64,000 nucleotides of DNA from Paraspadella gotoi (taxonomy: Eukaryota; Animalia; Chaetognatha), in assembly GCA_051294375.1 (NCBI GenBank), contig CM119270.1:21171775-21235774 (forward strand). Reading direction: 5' to 3'. The position numbers and the translations under genes were made by a program. The notes under the pieces are model-generated. The model was given only the letters and a program-made list of their open reading frames with translations, was not told the origin of the DNA and did not search any database. Of this stretch, positions 1 to 12,612 are shown one piece after another. Within the stretch, counting starts at the first letter, position 1. The number at the start of each line of letters is the position of its first letter.

Positions 1-2290
1 TTATTTATTAATTCAATTGACTAATTGATTATTATTTTATTAATTACATCCTGCATTTACATTGATATAAAAGGAAAAGAAGCATAATCAATTTATGTGA
101 AACAGGTTTTTTTGTTTTTCCATTTTAAACTCATTTCCACTAAGACGATTCATCGGAACTTGATTTCCAGCTTATCACACACTTTCCTACCCACCATTAC
201 CCAAATCTCCAGGTCAATCGCCCCATCCACTCAGAGCAATAGGTGTCAAATAGTGAAATATATTTTTGTTTTTTTCCAATTAAAATCATTATCCACTTGG
301 ACGGATTCCATCGAAACTTCATTATCAGCTCAATCACAACCTTCCCCTCGCAAACACAAAATTTTAATTCAAATTATTCCATCCAATCACAAGTAATTGG
401 TGTTTTTTGCTAAAGGAGGGACGGATGAAGACAGACGACGGACAGACGGCACGATGGACGGACATCATTTTTTTTCAAACTTATCATAATTCGATGTTTC
501 TGACATGATAAAGTGTGTGCCCGACAATATTGAGGGGCGGACGACGGACGACAAAGTGAATTATAGAGTCAGGGTCTGCTGATAGCAGATCGACTAATAA
601 AAGGTACCGGGTTGGAGCTGGGGCTTTTTCGTTTAAGAATTAGAAAAAATTAAATTTACTGTTTAATCACCAAGGGACGACTAAAAAACCAGGTCGATAG
701 GCAGGGGGAACCTTTGCATTGCCTTGCTTTAGACACTGAACAACCCTGATGAGAATTTTTTGCTGAAGCAATCAAGACCGTTATAATAGAAAAGCCTTAA
801 AATTCCAGCCATGGGGTTTGCGCAAAATGATTGATTGTCGCCAACCAACGTTAGTTTTCTTATTGCGAAATAGAAAAAAGGGACGTAATTGCTTAATTAT
901 TTTCACATCCAAGGAATCTATAATAAAACAATACAAATCAATAACTATAATTTTGATAATAAGCAGAATATATTATATCTTATAATAAAAAAAACAACCC
1001 AAACTCTCACATTGAATTATGTAAAACTTGGAAATACATGCTTAAATCCGACACATGACCTACAATTGCGATGGTTTTGATGGATATTCTGTTTGTCTGG
1101 CCTTTTTATTTCTACTTTATTGCAAGTTTAAAGAGACCCGTATTCAAAATGGTTTACTATTTTTTTGCTCAATTATTACGCAACTACTTTATATGCAACA
1201 TTTTAACTGGTACATTTATCATTGCAATTTGCGTATTTGTTACAAGAAAAAGAAAAGCACTTTGCTAAAATTTACCCTTTTTTCAAGTTAAAAACAAAAC
1301 ACCTTGACTTTATATAAAATTTACCTAAAAAGGAAGCGTTGGAATCCCAGTATTCTGTTAGCAAATTCGGAACCTCTACACAAATTTTTTTGGGATAGTA
1401 ATCGTAGCATTTTAAGTCAAACTGACTGGAAAAGTATTATTGTCATAATCCTGTTGGACCAGATGTCCTTCTTTCAATTATTCACCTGGTTTCCTCCCTT
1501 TCCATCGGATTCACGAAAGTCATATGGAGAAATTCTGCCTTCTCAAAATTCTCCGACATTGTGTTTAATTGCAAAAATCACGATTGTGAAAATTTGGAAT
1601 TCCATACTTGATACTTCGTCGAAATTGATACGAACTTTCTTTATTTAACTAAAAATTTTTCATCTCTTTAACTGTATCACTTTTCCAATAGGTAAAAGTT
1701 TATCAGCCTTTGTTTGGTAACAAGGAACCAATTTGTTAAATTTGATCATCAAGATTGTTTTATCATTGGTTCATTTTGGATATCTGCATTGGGATAAGGA
1801 AAGCAGAGCAATTTCAAGCGGCGAGTGGTTGGCTAAAGAACGTTGATAAGAATTCCTTAAACGATGTACCGCGAAAGGTTTGAGACTCTGGAAATGGCAC
1901 AACCCGTGATTATGAGTTCTTTAAGTTAGTCAGAGATTGTCATTTTATTGAAGAATATTGCGTCCAGGTTGGGCAAAAGAAAAAACCTCGTTAATGTGAC
2001 AATGGAATATTTACATATTTGGCCAAGAGCGATGGAAGAGATAAAAGGAGATCAAGAAATATAGAGACGAGATTGGATAACCTTCTTATTGTTATTCCGT
2101 TTTCTGTTTTTATAATCAATGAATAATTTAGGCAAAATTAAATATTTATATATATATATATAAAATGAATACATATTATTGTCAATTTTTTTTCTGTGGC
2201 TTAATACCCTGTGATGATGTGAAAACTGCTTCATTTTTTACCAAAAGCCTAAGATAATCTTTCAATTTAATATTATTATCTCTCTCTTTT
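1..2290 (+). other. Indel-rich duplicate of 4694-7013 (partial Helentron-type element plus a frameshifted copy of the XK-like paralog A last exon); probable unpolished-read false duplication
   Basis: Collinear with 4694-7013 throughout. Differences are scattered 1-nt indels that break the 443-aa ORF into fragments. It joins abruptly into the middle of an exon at about 2291. Confidence 0.8.
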
Positions 2291-2294
2291 TGGT

Positions 2295-2934
2295 TCTTGG
2301 ACTGGAGCCTCAGACTCGCTTTGTATCGATGATACAACCCCAAAGTATAATTATATTACTTTTTTAGTGGTCGGAAAATCTACTCTATACAGAACGCAAC
2401 CTGCTACAAATCTGTATGAGATGACAAATATCTCTTGCATGTGGCAGGATGAGAATTCCTATGGTTCGCGACATGTTTTCTGTTCTTGGCCAATTGATCA
2501 ATCAATATACTATGAATTTGTTCAATTGCTTCTTCTACTTTTAGTTTGACTAAGTTTGCCATAGATAATAGAACACAGACTATCTTTCAATCAAACAAAT
2601 CTCAATTTATAAAAATTATGATAACAGCTGGTTCATTTTTAGGTTTATTGCAGGGGCTGTTTGGAACTTTAATATCATTATATCTGGTATATATATACTC
2701 CCTAAAACTTTTGCATATGGGTTCTTTTTTTGGCTCACTTTCACTGCTGAGGTTATTTACATTAGCTGAATTGATCTCTTTAGCAAAAGAATTTTTCATG
2801 GCAATGCCAAAAATATTAAAAGTGATGGAAATATCTGAGTCATTTAACTTTATATTGCTCGCTTTTTCAATGTTATGGAGTAGCATTTTATTTTCATTCT
2901 TTTTTGCTATAAAAAATCATGCACATTTTAGCAG
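2295..2934 (+). CDS. XK-related membrane protein paralog A, 3' part of the internal exon (5' end cut off, some frameshifts)
   Basis: Homologous to 14638-15300 (WTGA.DSLCID...TNISCM...CSWPIDQSIYYEF...HAHFS). Ends at donor AG|GTAAAT (GT at 2935, phase 2). Confidence 0.7.
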
Positions 2935-3145
2935 GTAAATCGCATCAGGTTGTTCTGATCCTTTTGATCACAATTGAATGTAATATTTCTAGTAATCCTT
3001 CAGTTAATCAGCTATTTGATGTATATTAAATATGAATAAGAAATTGGTACAACCAATATAAAATTATCCATTCATTCAATAAATAAAGCTACGTATATGG
3101 TGAATCCTAAATTCGCCTCCCGTATAGCTTGGTGAAACTCCGCTC

Positions 3146-3621
3146 GTCCCGTTGGCTTAGATAGCTTAGTACTTGTAAAAAATGTTAGTTTTTTTCCATG
3201 CCTCGAGGGTCGCCTGGTTTGATTAATCGGCCGTAGGTTGAACTGGATTTAACATGGAGCAAAAATTTTTAAATATCAAAAGTCATAAATGTTTAATAAA
3301 TACGAATAAATCGTTAATAAATTTTTTTATTGTAGAGGTAAATAAATGGCAAAATTAAGGTACTACAATAAAAACATGTAGAAAATCCTTGGATTCCTTA
3401 AAAACAACAGTTCCATCCAGCTGATCTTGTCCAGAGAAACGATTATGATCGAATAACAAGTTACGAGGTTTTTGGCCGAAAAAAAGCCACGAGAAAGCGA
3501 CTAGAATGGTGACAAGACTGGTCTGAAAAAGTCAACTAAAGGACAATGGAAAAATCACCAGACGCGGGTCACAAAATCTTTCAGATCTCGTTCAACAACC
3601 GTGCGTTCCGGGTTCAATCCC
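3146..3621 (+). mobile_element. tRNA-like SINE head split by an insertion of about 410 bp
   Basis: 3146-3175 (GTCCCGTTGGCTTAGATAGCTTAGTACT) and 3587-3621 (CTCGTTCAACAACCGTG...GGGTTCAATCC, B-box-like) are contiguous in the copies at 3724 and 19056. Confidence 0.45.
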
Positions 3622-3723
3622 AACAGTCACTCTGAGCTTGGTCACCCCAAGGTGCTGTCTTGAGGCGGGCATGTGTGGCAAGTCCTAAATTCGCCTCCTG
3701 TATAGCTTGTTGAAATTCACCTC

Positions 3724-3925
3724 GTCCCATTGGCTTGGACAGCTAAGTACTCGTTCACCAACTGTGAGTTCTGGGTTCCCCTCACGGTCATGCTGGTTAA
3801 ATTAGATGGTGTCAGCATAAAAACGCCAGTGACATGGGGTGGTCACAGCAGGTCCAAAGCCCAAAGCGCCAATTGTCGGGAGATGCCTCACACCCCGGGC
3901 ATCACACATGTCTCCCCGTTGCCAT
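3724..3925 (+). mobile_element. tRNA-like SINE copy in an intron of paralog A
   Basis: Homologous to 19056-19260; A-box-like TGGCTTGGACAG and a degenerate B box. Confidence 0.45.
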
Positions 3926-4049
3926 ACTATCTTGCCTCTGATTTTAGACAGACTTTGGTGTTCTAAGGCCTCTATATGATAATAATTTTAAACTGAGTTT
4001 ATAATACATATACATATACAGTGTATATTACAGTATTATACACTGACTC

Positions 4050-4430
4050 AGCCTGTCCAAAGTCAGAGGCAAGATAGCTTATTCATTAAATGAATGGATA
4101 ATTTTTTTAATGGTTTTACCAATTTCATAAAATTCAGCTCCTTTATTTTGATGCTGGACAGAGTATAATATAGTATTCCCCGAAGTCGCCTCCATTTAAA
4201 CATTCTTTGAAATATTATACCACTTCATTGATAGGGAAGCCAGGTACTCAAAGAATGAATGAACGAGAATGTGAGAGAGTCTTGATTGAAAGCTTACAGG
4301 GACCTGCTATGTCATTAGCTTGTAAGAGTGATGGCGTCCTTAAACCACCAAAGCCTGTCCAAAGTCAGGTGCAAGATAGCTTATTTATTAAATAAATGGA
4401 AAATTTTTATATCGGTTGTACCAATTTCTT
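4050..4430 (+). repeat. Two copies of a dispersed repeat of about 80 bp (AGCCTGTCCAAAGTCAG.GGCAAGATAGCTTATT...TGGTTGTACCAATTT)
   Basis: Copies at 4050-4126 and 4352-4427. Related copies at about 16314, 19319, 23032, 30440 and 63885 (+) and about 3040, 18990, 57762 and 59767 (-). Confidence 0.75.
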
Positions 4431-4477
4431 AGACAACCCAGTTTAAAAGAATTTTAAACCATCCTCACGCTTCCTTC

Positions 4478-5302
4478 AACAAGTTTGAGCAAACAATGTC
4501 AGATCTGCCCATGATCATTATCGGTAATTAATTAATAAATAATTAAATTATTCAAGTTAATTAATTAATTAATTAATTAATTAGGCAATTAATTAATTGA
4601 TTTGATCTCAAATGTTTTAGGTCTTTTTGTCACTAACCATGACAAAAGCAATGACGACCATGAGAATAATGCCAATATTGACTGATTAATTAATTATTTA
4701 TTAATTAATTGACTAATTGATTAATTATTTTATTAATTAATACATCCTGCATTTACATTTGATATAAAAGGAAAAAGAAGCATAATCAATTAGTGAAACA
4801 GGTTTTTTGTTTTTTCCATTTAAACTCATTTCCACTAAGACGATTCCATCGGAACTTGATTTCCAGCTTCACCACACACTTTCCTACCCACATACCAAAT
4901 TCCAGGTCAATTCGCCCCATCCACTCATGAGCAATTAGTGTTCAAATAGTGAAATATATTTTTTTTTTTTCCATTTAAAATCATTTCCACTTGGACGATT
5001 CCATCGAAACTTCATATCCAGCTCAATCACACACTTCCCTCGCAAACACAAAATTTAATTCAAATTCATCCATCCAATCACAGCAGTAATTGGTGTTTTT
5101 TGCTAAGGAGGGACGGATGGACAGATGGATGGACGGACGGACAGACGGATGGACGGACATCATTTTTTTCCAAAACTTATCATAATTCGATGTTCTGACA
5201 TGATATAAGTGTGTGCCCGACAATATTGAGGGGGCGGACCGACGGACCGACAAAGTGAATTATAGAGTCAGGGTCTGCTGATAAGCAGATCCGACTAAAA
5301 AA
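4478..5302 (-). mobile_element. Non-autonomous Helentron-associated element (HINE / DINE-1-like), 2 central repeat units
   Basis: Reverse-oriented relative of 12613-14162: subterminal inverted repeat GTCGGATCTGC, 5' stem-loop, (GTCY)n microsatellite, repeat units of about 150 bp, 3' GTTTG-CT-CAAAC hairpin ending in TT. Confidence 0.7.
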
Positions 5303-5692
5303 GGTACCGGGTTGGCAGCTGGGGCTTTTTCGTTTTAAGAATTTACTGAAAAAATTAAATTTACTGTTTAAATCACCAAGGGACGACTAAAAAACCAGGT
5401 CGATAGGCAGGGGGAACCTTTGCATTGCCTTGCTTTAGACACTGAACAACCTGATGAGAATTTTTTGCTGAAGCAAATCAAACCGTTATAATAGAAAAGC
5501 CTTAAAATTCCAGCCATGGGGTTTGGCAAAATTGATTGATGTTCGCCAACCAACGTTAGTTTTTTCTTATTTGCGAAATGAAAAAAGGGACGTAATTGCT
5601 AATTATTTTCACATCCAAGGAATTATAATAAAACAATACAAATCAATAACTATTAATTTTGAAAATAAGCAGAAATATGATTATATTTATAG

Positions 5693-6854
5693 TAAAAAAA
5701 AACAACCCAAAACTCTCACATTGAATTATGTAAAACTTGGAAACTACATGGCTTTAAATCCGACACATGACCTACAATTGGCGATGGTTTTGATGGATAT
5801 TCTGTTGTCTGCTTTTTATTTCTACTTTATTGCAAATTTAAAGAGACCCGTTTCAAAATGGTTTACTATTTTTTTGGCTCAATTATTTACTGCAATACTT
5901 ATATATGCAAATCTTTACTGGTACATTTATCATTGCAATTTGCAGTATTTGTTACAAGAAAAAGAAAAGCATTTGCTAAATTTACCCTTTTTCAAGTTAA
6001 AAACAAAAACACCTTTGACTTTTATACAAAAAATTAACCTAAAAAGGAAGCGTTGGAATTCCCAGTATTCTGTTAGCAAATTTGGGAACCTCTACACAAA
6101 TTTTTTTGGGATAGTAATCGTAGCATTTTTAGTCAAACTGACTGGAAAAGTATTATTTGGTCATAATCCTGGTTGGACCAAGATTGTCCTTCTTTCAATT
6201 ATTCACTTGGTTCCTCCTCTTTCCATCGGATTCACGAAAAGTCATATGGAGAATTCTGCCTTCTCAAAATTTGCCGATTTGTGTTTAATTGCAAAAATCA
6301 CCGATTGTGAAAATTTGGAATCCATACTTGATCTTCGTCGAAATTGGATACGAAACTTTCTTTATTTAACTAAAAATTTTTCTCTCTTTTTAACTGTATC
6401 ACTTTTTCCAATGCTAAAGTTTATCAGCCTTTTGTTGGTAACAAGGAACCAATTTGTAAATTTGATCATCAAGATTGTTTTTATCATTGGGTTCATTTTG
6501 ATATCTGCATGGACTAAGGAAAGCAGAGCAATTTCAAGAACGGCGAGTGGTTGGCTAAAGAACGTTGATAAGAATTCCCTTAAACGAATGTACCGCGAAG
6601 GTTTGGAGACTCTGGAAATGGCACAACCCGTGATTATGGAGTTCTTTAAGTTAGTCAGAGATTGTCATTTTATTGAAGAAGATTGTCGTCCAGGTTGGGC
6701 AAAGAAAAAACCTCGTAATGTGACAATGGAATATTTTACATATTTGGCCCAAGAAGCGATGGAAGAGATAAAGATGAGATCAAGAAATAATAGAGGAGAT
6801 TGGATTAACCTTCTTATTGTTATTCCGTTTCTGCTTTTTATAATCAATGAATAA
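5693..6854 (+). CDS. XK-related membrane protein paralog A, terminal exon
   Basis: Clean ORF (frame open from about 5472, stop at 6854) with multiple hydrophobic segments. Acceptor TTTATAG| at 5692 is phase 2 and matches the donor at 2934. LYWYIYHC resembles the XK C-terminal YY..HP motif. The exact acceptor is uncertain (TTCCAG at 5513 is an alternative but is phase 0). Confidence 0.7.
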
Positions 6855-7004
6855 ATTTAGGCAAATTAAATATTTATATATATATATATAAAATGAATAC
6901 ATATTTATTTGTCAATTTTTTTCTGTGGCTTAATACCCCTGTGATGATGTGAAAACTTGCTTCTTTTTACAAAAGCCTTAAGATAATCTTTCAATTTACA
7001 TTTA

Positions 7005-7210
7005 TTCTCTTTTATTGATGAAGATATCATTAAATATAATCGGTTAATCAATTTAAGTTTTTACTCACTACAACAAAAATCTCACGGCACTCTAAATTTT
7101 ACTGCATTATAAATCTCACTGCACCTCAAACCTCCCTAAACTTTTTATATTACTGCACTTCAAATCACCCTTCACTTTTTATTTCACAGTAGTTCAAATT
7201 TTGCTACTCA
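7005..7210 (+). repeat. Repeat with internal units of about 17 bp (AAATCTCACTGCACTTC-like); second copy at 22303-22565
   Basis: Shared sequence downstream of both XK-like paralogs; unit number differs between the copies. Confidence 0.65.
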
Positions 7211-9051
7211 ATATATTTACATTTTATGATTCTGTTTAAGAGGAAAAAAAGTTCAAAAATTGATTGATTTTTTATCAATTAGAAATTAACGTCTTGTTTT
7301 CTGTCACTTTTATCAAGTAATAGTTCAAATAATTTGATTTTAGAGAGAAAACGAAATTTTCGATATTACAACAATTGAATTTATAATTCGGACATGGTTT
7401 GACTCTTATATGTTTTGCGAGTCTTCATCAGCAAGTGAATGAATAACTGTTTAGTTTCACAAACATTAGTTTTGGAGAGAGAGAGAGGGAGGAGAGGAGT
7501 TCTTTTCCCCGCTAACAATAGAATTGTGAACCAGATGTTAAAAACAGTGTTGAAGGGTGAGGCCAATAGGGAAAGGAAGGATGAGAGTAAGTTGAATTTT
7601 GAAAATGTGAATATGCAGTAAGAGACAAAAAATAAATTACATTGGCGTTTATATGTTATCAACCACTGATATATTAGAAATATTTGATTCACGTTGTCTG
7701 ATAATGGACTTCGCAAAACTATAAGAGGTCGAAACAAGTCCGAATTTATATAAATTTCAATTTTTTTGTTTTTGTTTTTATATTACTAAATATTTTTTTC
7801 TCTATTTTCGTTTTCCCTCTTTAATATCCCAATATCTTTATTTTTTAATCAATAGAAGAAGTTCGAAATTTTTTATCACACAGCATTAATTTATTTTTTT
7901 GATTTTAAAATAATTTTTGTCTGTTTTTTGTTAGTGTTCATCAATTTTTTTTGTTTTTCCGCAAAACTCCTTTTATGTTTTCTATATGTTTCCTTTTTCC
8001 GCTTTTCGGTTCTCTCCTCTGCGGTTTTTAATATTTTACTCCTGCCAAACCAAATTGATCAAATGATGGGAGTGAGCTCTCGATCCCTTTTTTTGGGAGT
8101 GGGTAAGTCAGGGTTCTCATTGACGTTCTCAAGTCTGCTTTCCCTTTCTCCTTTTCGCTCTCTCTCTTCTTTCCTCCTCTCTCTCCGTTTCCTCTTTCCT
8201 TTCATCTTCCTTTCTCTATCTTCTCTTCACTCCTGTTTCACCTTCTTATTGTTTCTCTCTTTCCTATCTTCTTCCTTACGTTCTCTGTCTTCATCTTCTT
8301 CCCTCTCCCTTTCTCGTCTCATTTCCCCGTCTCTTCCCATTTTATTTTCATTCTCTCCTTCTCTCTTTCATCTTGTAAAATTAATTCTCTAACACTACGT
8401 CGCCGCCTTTGTGCTCGGCGGTACTCGCGTCGGCCGACTTTATATTTTTTGGCAAACCATCCGCACAGAGGTTTACAGCTGCCTAGTAATTTGTGCTGCT
8501 TAGCGCCGATCGTGGTGCCACATAGCGGTCAGGAGGCTTGTGAGCTCGAGTATCATTTATTGCTGGGAAAACCGAGCCGATGGCGAGATGAGGAGCTTAT
8601 GATTTTTTTTTTCTTGATTCGGGATGGGTGCTAACCATGCTAAATAAAGAAAATTATGTAATGTGCTCGATCTTTCTTTCATTGAAGGATTTGAGTATCA
8701 ACCTTTCCAACACATTACTTCCTAAATGGAGTTTCAGGGGGTTTCAGAACAAAGTGACTGGGTTTAAGATCTTAGGTCTTAGATATTAAGATGGTTGCGC
8801 GACTTTCATCTTTCTTGCATGATATTCGCACAATGGTACAATGGCTCTTTCGACATTTAATCACCCGAATGCGTCTTTGATCAAAGGAGCGTTCAAATTA
8901 GTTGATGCGCTTGACAATATGTTACCCAAACGCTACTGCCTCTGAAGAAAGACTTACAAAGCCTATTATTCCCTTGGTAAGTCAGCCAAATGTATACAAA
9001 AAATCTTAAAAGCAAATAGAAATCGAGCCGCTTTCGATGGTAACCAAATAT

Positions 9052-9250
9052 TAATGCGATGATAACTAAATATTGATGAGATGATAAACAATAAGTTGAT
9101 GCGATGATATAAAATAACTGATGTGAATGATAATCAAATGATTGATGCGATGATAGTCATTCATTGATGTGATGATATATCATTCATTGATATGATGATA
9201 ATCATTCATTGATGCGATGATAGTATTCATTGACGCGATGAGTCATTCAT
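9052..9250. repeat. Minisatellite, unit of about 22 bp (TTGATGCGATGATAATCATTCA) x about 9
   Basis: Directly visible degenerate tandem array with no unique spacers. Confidence 0.85.
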
Positions 9251-9284
9251 CGTAAATAAAACAAACAAATGCGTGTATGAATGA

Positions 9285-9291
9285 AAGAGAG

Positions 9292-9332
<41 letters not shown>

Positions 9333-9487
9333 TGAGAGAGGCTGGTCAGTTTTTCACTATCTCGTTTATATAAAGTATAATCAGAATTTTTAGAAAAAAA
9401 AATTCACGGAAAAATTCGGATGTAAATTTGGATTTTGTATTGAGAAAAAAGCGCGGAATAAATGGCGGAAATAAATAGAAAGAAAAA

Positions 9488-9546
<59 letters not shown>

Positions 9547-10599
9547 AGAGAGAGAAAGATAAGAGAAGCTGGACCGCCCTGCAGAGCTGAACTCGTTTTT
9601 TTTCGACGTATCTGAGTAGGACGAACTCTTTTCCTTTCCTTTGAATGAATTTTTTTGATTGTTCTTTTTTTAAGAAGAAACCAGACCGAGGGTCATTTCA
9701 TTTATTTGCATATTATTGCTAATTTAAATATAAATTTATCCAACTCAAATAATTATTATTTTTAAAAAAAGAATAAAAATGATTAAAATATTACACTAAA
9801 AAAATTTTACAATTTAAAATTGTAAAAATTATAGAAAACAAAAAAGTAATGTTTAATTTGACAATATTCTTCTCAACTTCCTAAATTTTCAGATATAATT
9901 TGCCAATAGTGGGCGAGGTCCAAAGTTACAATAATAAAGAAACAAAAAAAATTTTGTAGAATATTATATTGCAATTAAATTAATCCGCGCAATTGCCGGA
10001 CATATAGCAGCTATATGTACAGCAGCAAGCTGATGTACATGTGACATTGCCTGCATTATGAGTTATTTTTTCTTTTTTCTAAAAGGAATCCATGAAAATC
10101 TCGGATGTAATTTGGGATTTTGTATAGAAAAAAAAATAAATGGCGATAATAAAGTTTTTAGAAGGAAAATAATAAGAATTTTTCAAAAAACGAACGGTGT
10201 CGTACATAGAGAGAGAGACAGAGAGAGAAGAAGAGAGAGAGAGAGAGAGAGGAGAGTGAAAAAAAAAGTGACTAAAAATTTTTTTTTGTAAAAAAAAAAA
10301 GGGAGAGAGAGAGAGATAGAGAGAGACCGGAACTCGTTTACTCCGACGTCGCGCAGTGACGGAGGTAAAAAAAAGATAAAAATTATTTTTTGTACAAAAA
10401 AAGAGATGAGAAAGAGAGAAAGAGAGAGAGAGACAGATAGAGAGAAAGATAGAGAAGAGAGAGAGAAGAGAGAACCGGACTCGTTAATCGTTTACAAGTG
10501 AATTAATTTTTTTTTTTGTAAAAAAAAAAAAAGAGAGAGAGAGTGGAGAGAGAGAAGAGAGGAGAACGAGAGAGAAGAAGAGGAGAGAGAGAGAGAGAA

Positions 10600-10645
<46 letters not shown>

Positions 10646-11250
10646 AGAAAGTAGTTTCCCGCCAACGATACGCAATATTAGGTCACTCTGTTTATATCGG
10701 TGTGATCTCGGTCCAAAGTTGATTTTTTTTATACACGTAACGCGTTATTAGGTCATGTTCCTCGACATTGTTTACTCGTTGCCCCGCAACGGCCACGAAA
10801 ATCCAGGTCAAGTAAGTTATTCTTCACATTTTCTCAAAAAATTCACCGAAAATCTCAGATGTAATTTGGGTTTTGTATTGAGAAAAGAAGCGCGGAATAA
10901 ATGGGCGATAATACAATGTTTTTAGAAGGAAAGAAAATATAAGAAATTTTTCAAAAAAACGTGGTAAAAAAGTGAATAATTTTTTTTGTTGTAAAAAAAG
11001 AGAGAGGAGAGAGAGAGGAAGAGAGAAGAAGAGAGAGACGGAGGGAGACGGAGGGAGAGAGGAGAGAGCTGACTCGTTTTTTTAACGATTCAGGAGGCAG
11101 GCGCCTGATATCATATATATGTTTTTAGAAAGAAAAAATAATCAGAATTTTCAAAAAACGAACGATCACGCACCGACGAATGGCGCACACAAAGAGAGAC
11201 AGAGAGAACTGAAACTCGTTTTAAACGATTCAGAAAAGGCAGCCCTAAAA
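9285..11250. repeat. Composite repeat block: three related segments of about 100 bp interleaved with (GA)n tracts
   Basis: GATGTAATTTGG...TTTGTATTGAGAAAA...AATAAATGGCG recurs at about 9400, 10085 and 10840. (GA)n tracts are repeatedly followed by ACTCGTT. Confidence 0.65.
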
Positions 11251-12104
11251 AAATAAATATATATATTAAAAATAATATTAAAGAAAGGCAAAAAATGTTA
11301 CAATGGTTAACAATTGGAAACTTTTCCAATTTTTTCCTCCTAAATCGCAGCTTGTAAAAGATTTATTTTTTATTTGTATTAAAATTAAAGATATATGATT
11401 CTCATTAAAAAAATCCTTGAGTTCCGATTTTTTATTAGGAAATTTAAAAAAAATTTTTTGAATTTCATCTTCAATATTATATACTGCAATATGTATTGCT
11501 TAAAGCATTTCTATATACTGATTGGATATTACTAACATGAGTACTAATAATCTCAATTTGCAATTGCATAATCATAATGAAGGTGGTGATTTCAATTCAA
11601 GACAAAAAAACTTACAAAAGTACACCAAATTGTAATAAATAATATCCAAAGCCTATTTTCAAGTTGAGAGTCCATATCTAATTTTTTAAACATTACTATG
11701 ATCGACAACTTTTGTAAAACTTATAAATAATTCATAATCAATTTTTATTTTAAAAAAAACCGTAAGTCCCAGCCAAACATAAAAAGCGCAGTAGTTTTAT
11801 TCAAAAAAGCTGACCCGCACGACTGAACGACGACGACGACGAAAACGACGACGAAGACTACGTCACAAAGAAGCAATACTCAAAACATTATAGAGCCTGG
11901 CTGACACCGGCTTCGCTACGGATCATAGGCTCGAATAAAAAAGGAAAATCTTTCTGCAAAGGTTTTATAAGTATTCCTCCCTTTCCTGATTTACTTTTTT
12001 TTCCTCTTCTTCTTCCTCCTTTTCCTTCTTCTTCTTCCTCCTTTTTCCTCTTTTTCTTTTTCCTTTTCCTCCTCAAACAAAAAAAAAAAAAACACACATT
12101 CAAG

Positions 12105-12337
12105 ATGAAAGAATTATTTTTTGTGGTTTTGAGGATCATTTTGACTCTCACTGATATCATCACTGATTTAAAAGTCACCACAAAATATCTCTATTCACAA
12201 ATGAAGGAAATTGGAATCCTTTTAATGGTCATTTTAATGGGGCATTGTTTTATATCAGCAACATATGGAATATATACCATATATAAAAATTCGGACTATT
12301 TTTTTCGGATTTTTAAGGGAAAAAAGTTCTAATTTTT
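12105..12337 (+). CDS. XK-related membrane protein paralog B, first coding exon (one-base deficit in an A-run)
   Basis: ATG then MKELFFVVLRIILTLTDIITDLKVTTKY, resembling the XK TM1 D-x-x-T-D motif. Adding one A to the run at 12320-12325 removes the stop and reads KKVLIF into a GTAAGA donor at 12338 (phase 0), matching the phase-0 acceptor at 14410. Confidence 0.6.
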
Positions 12338-12612
12338 GTAAGATATCCAATTAACCATGATAATGGAGGGATTTATGGATTTTGATAATTTTCTAGAACC
12401 AAATCCTTATTGAGTGAAATTTTTAAGGTTATTTTTGGTTAGATTGTAATTATAACTAATTTTTGATAAATTAACAAAATAAAAAAAAAGTTTTAAAAGT
12501 ACTTACAGCGCGCTTTTAGATAGGAAATTATATCAGAAAATTAGCCTGTTTTATTTCTAGATCGATACCCAATATGACCAGAAAATTTTCCCGTAACCGA
12601 CTTAATTTACTA

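Noticed and set aside
5430-5513. In-frame TGA after Cys (TGC TGA), conserved in all copies, as possible selenocysteine or readthrough
   Set aside because: An in-frame TAG lies just upstream, the paralogs are similar through the intron anyway, a phase-compatible acceptor exists downstream, and I saw no SECIS-like structure.
5523-6854. Stand-alone intronless 443-aa gene
   Set aside because: The start is TTG, not ATG, and the frame splices in phase to an upstream exon that carries the XK motifs.
8395-9000. GC-richer stretch that might be an exon or TE fragment
   Set aside because: No recognisable motif, sustained ORF or consistent splice pair.
9052-9250. CRISPR-like array
   Set aside because: The units are contiguous with no unique spacers, there are no cas genes, and the context is eukaryotic.
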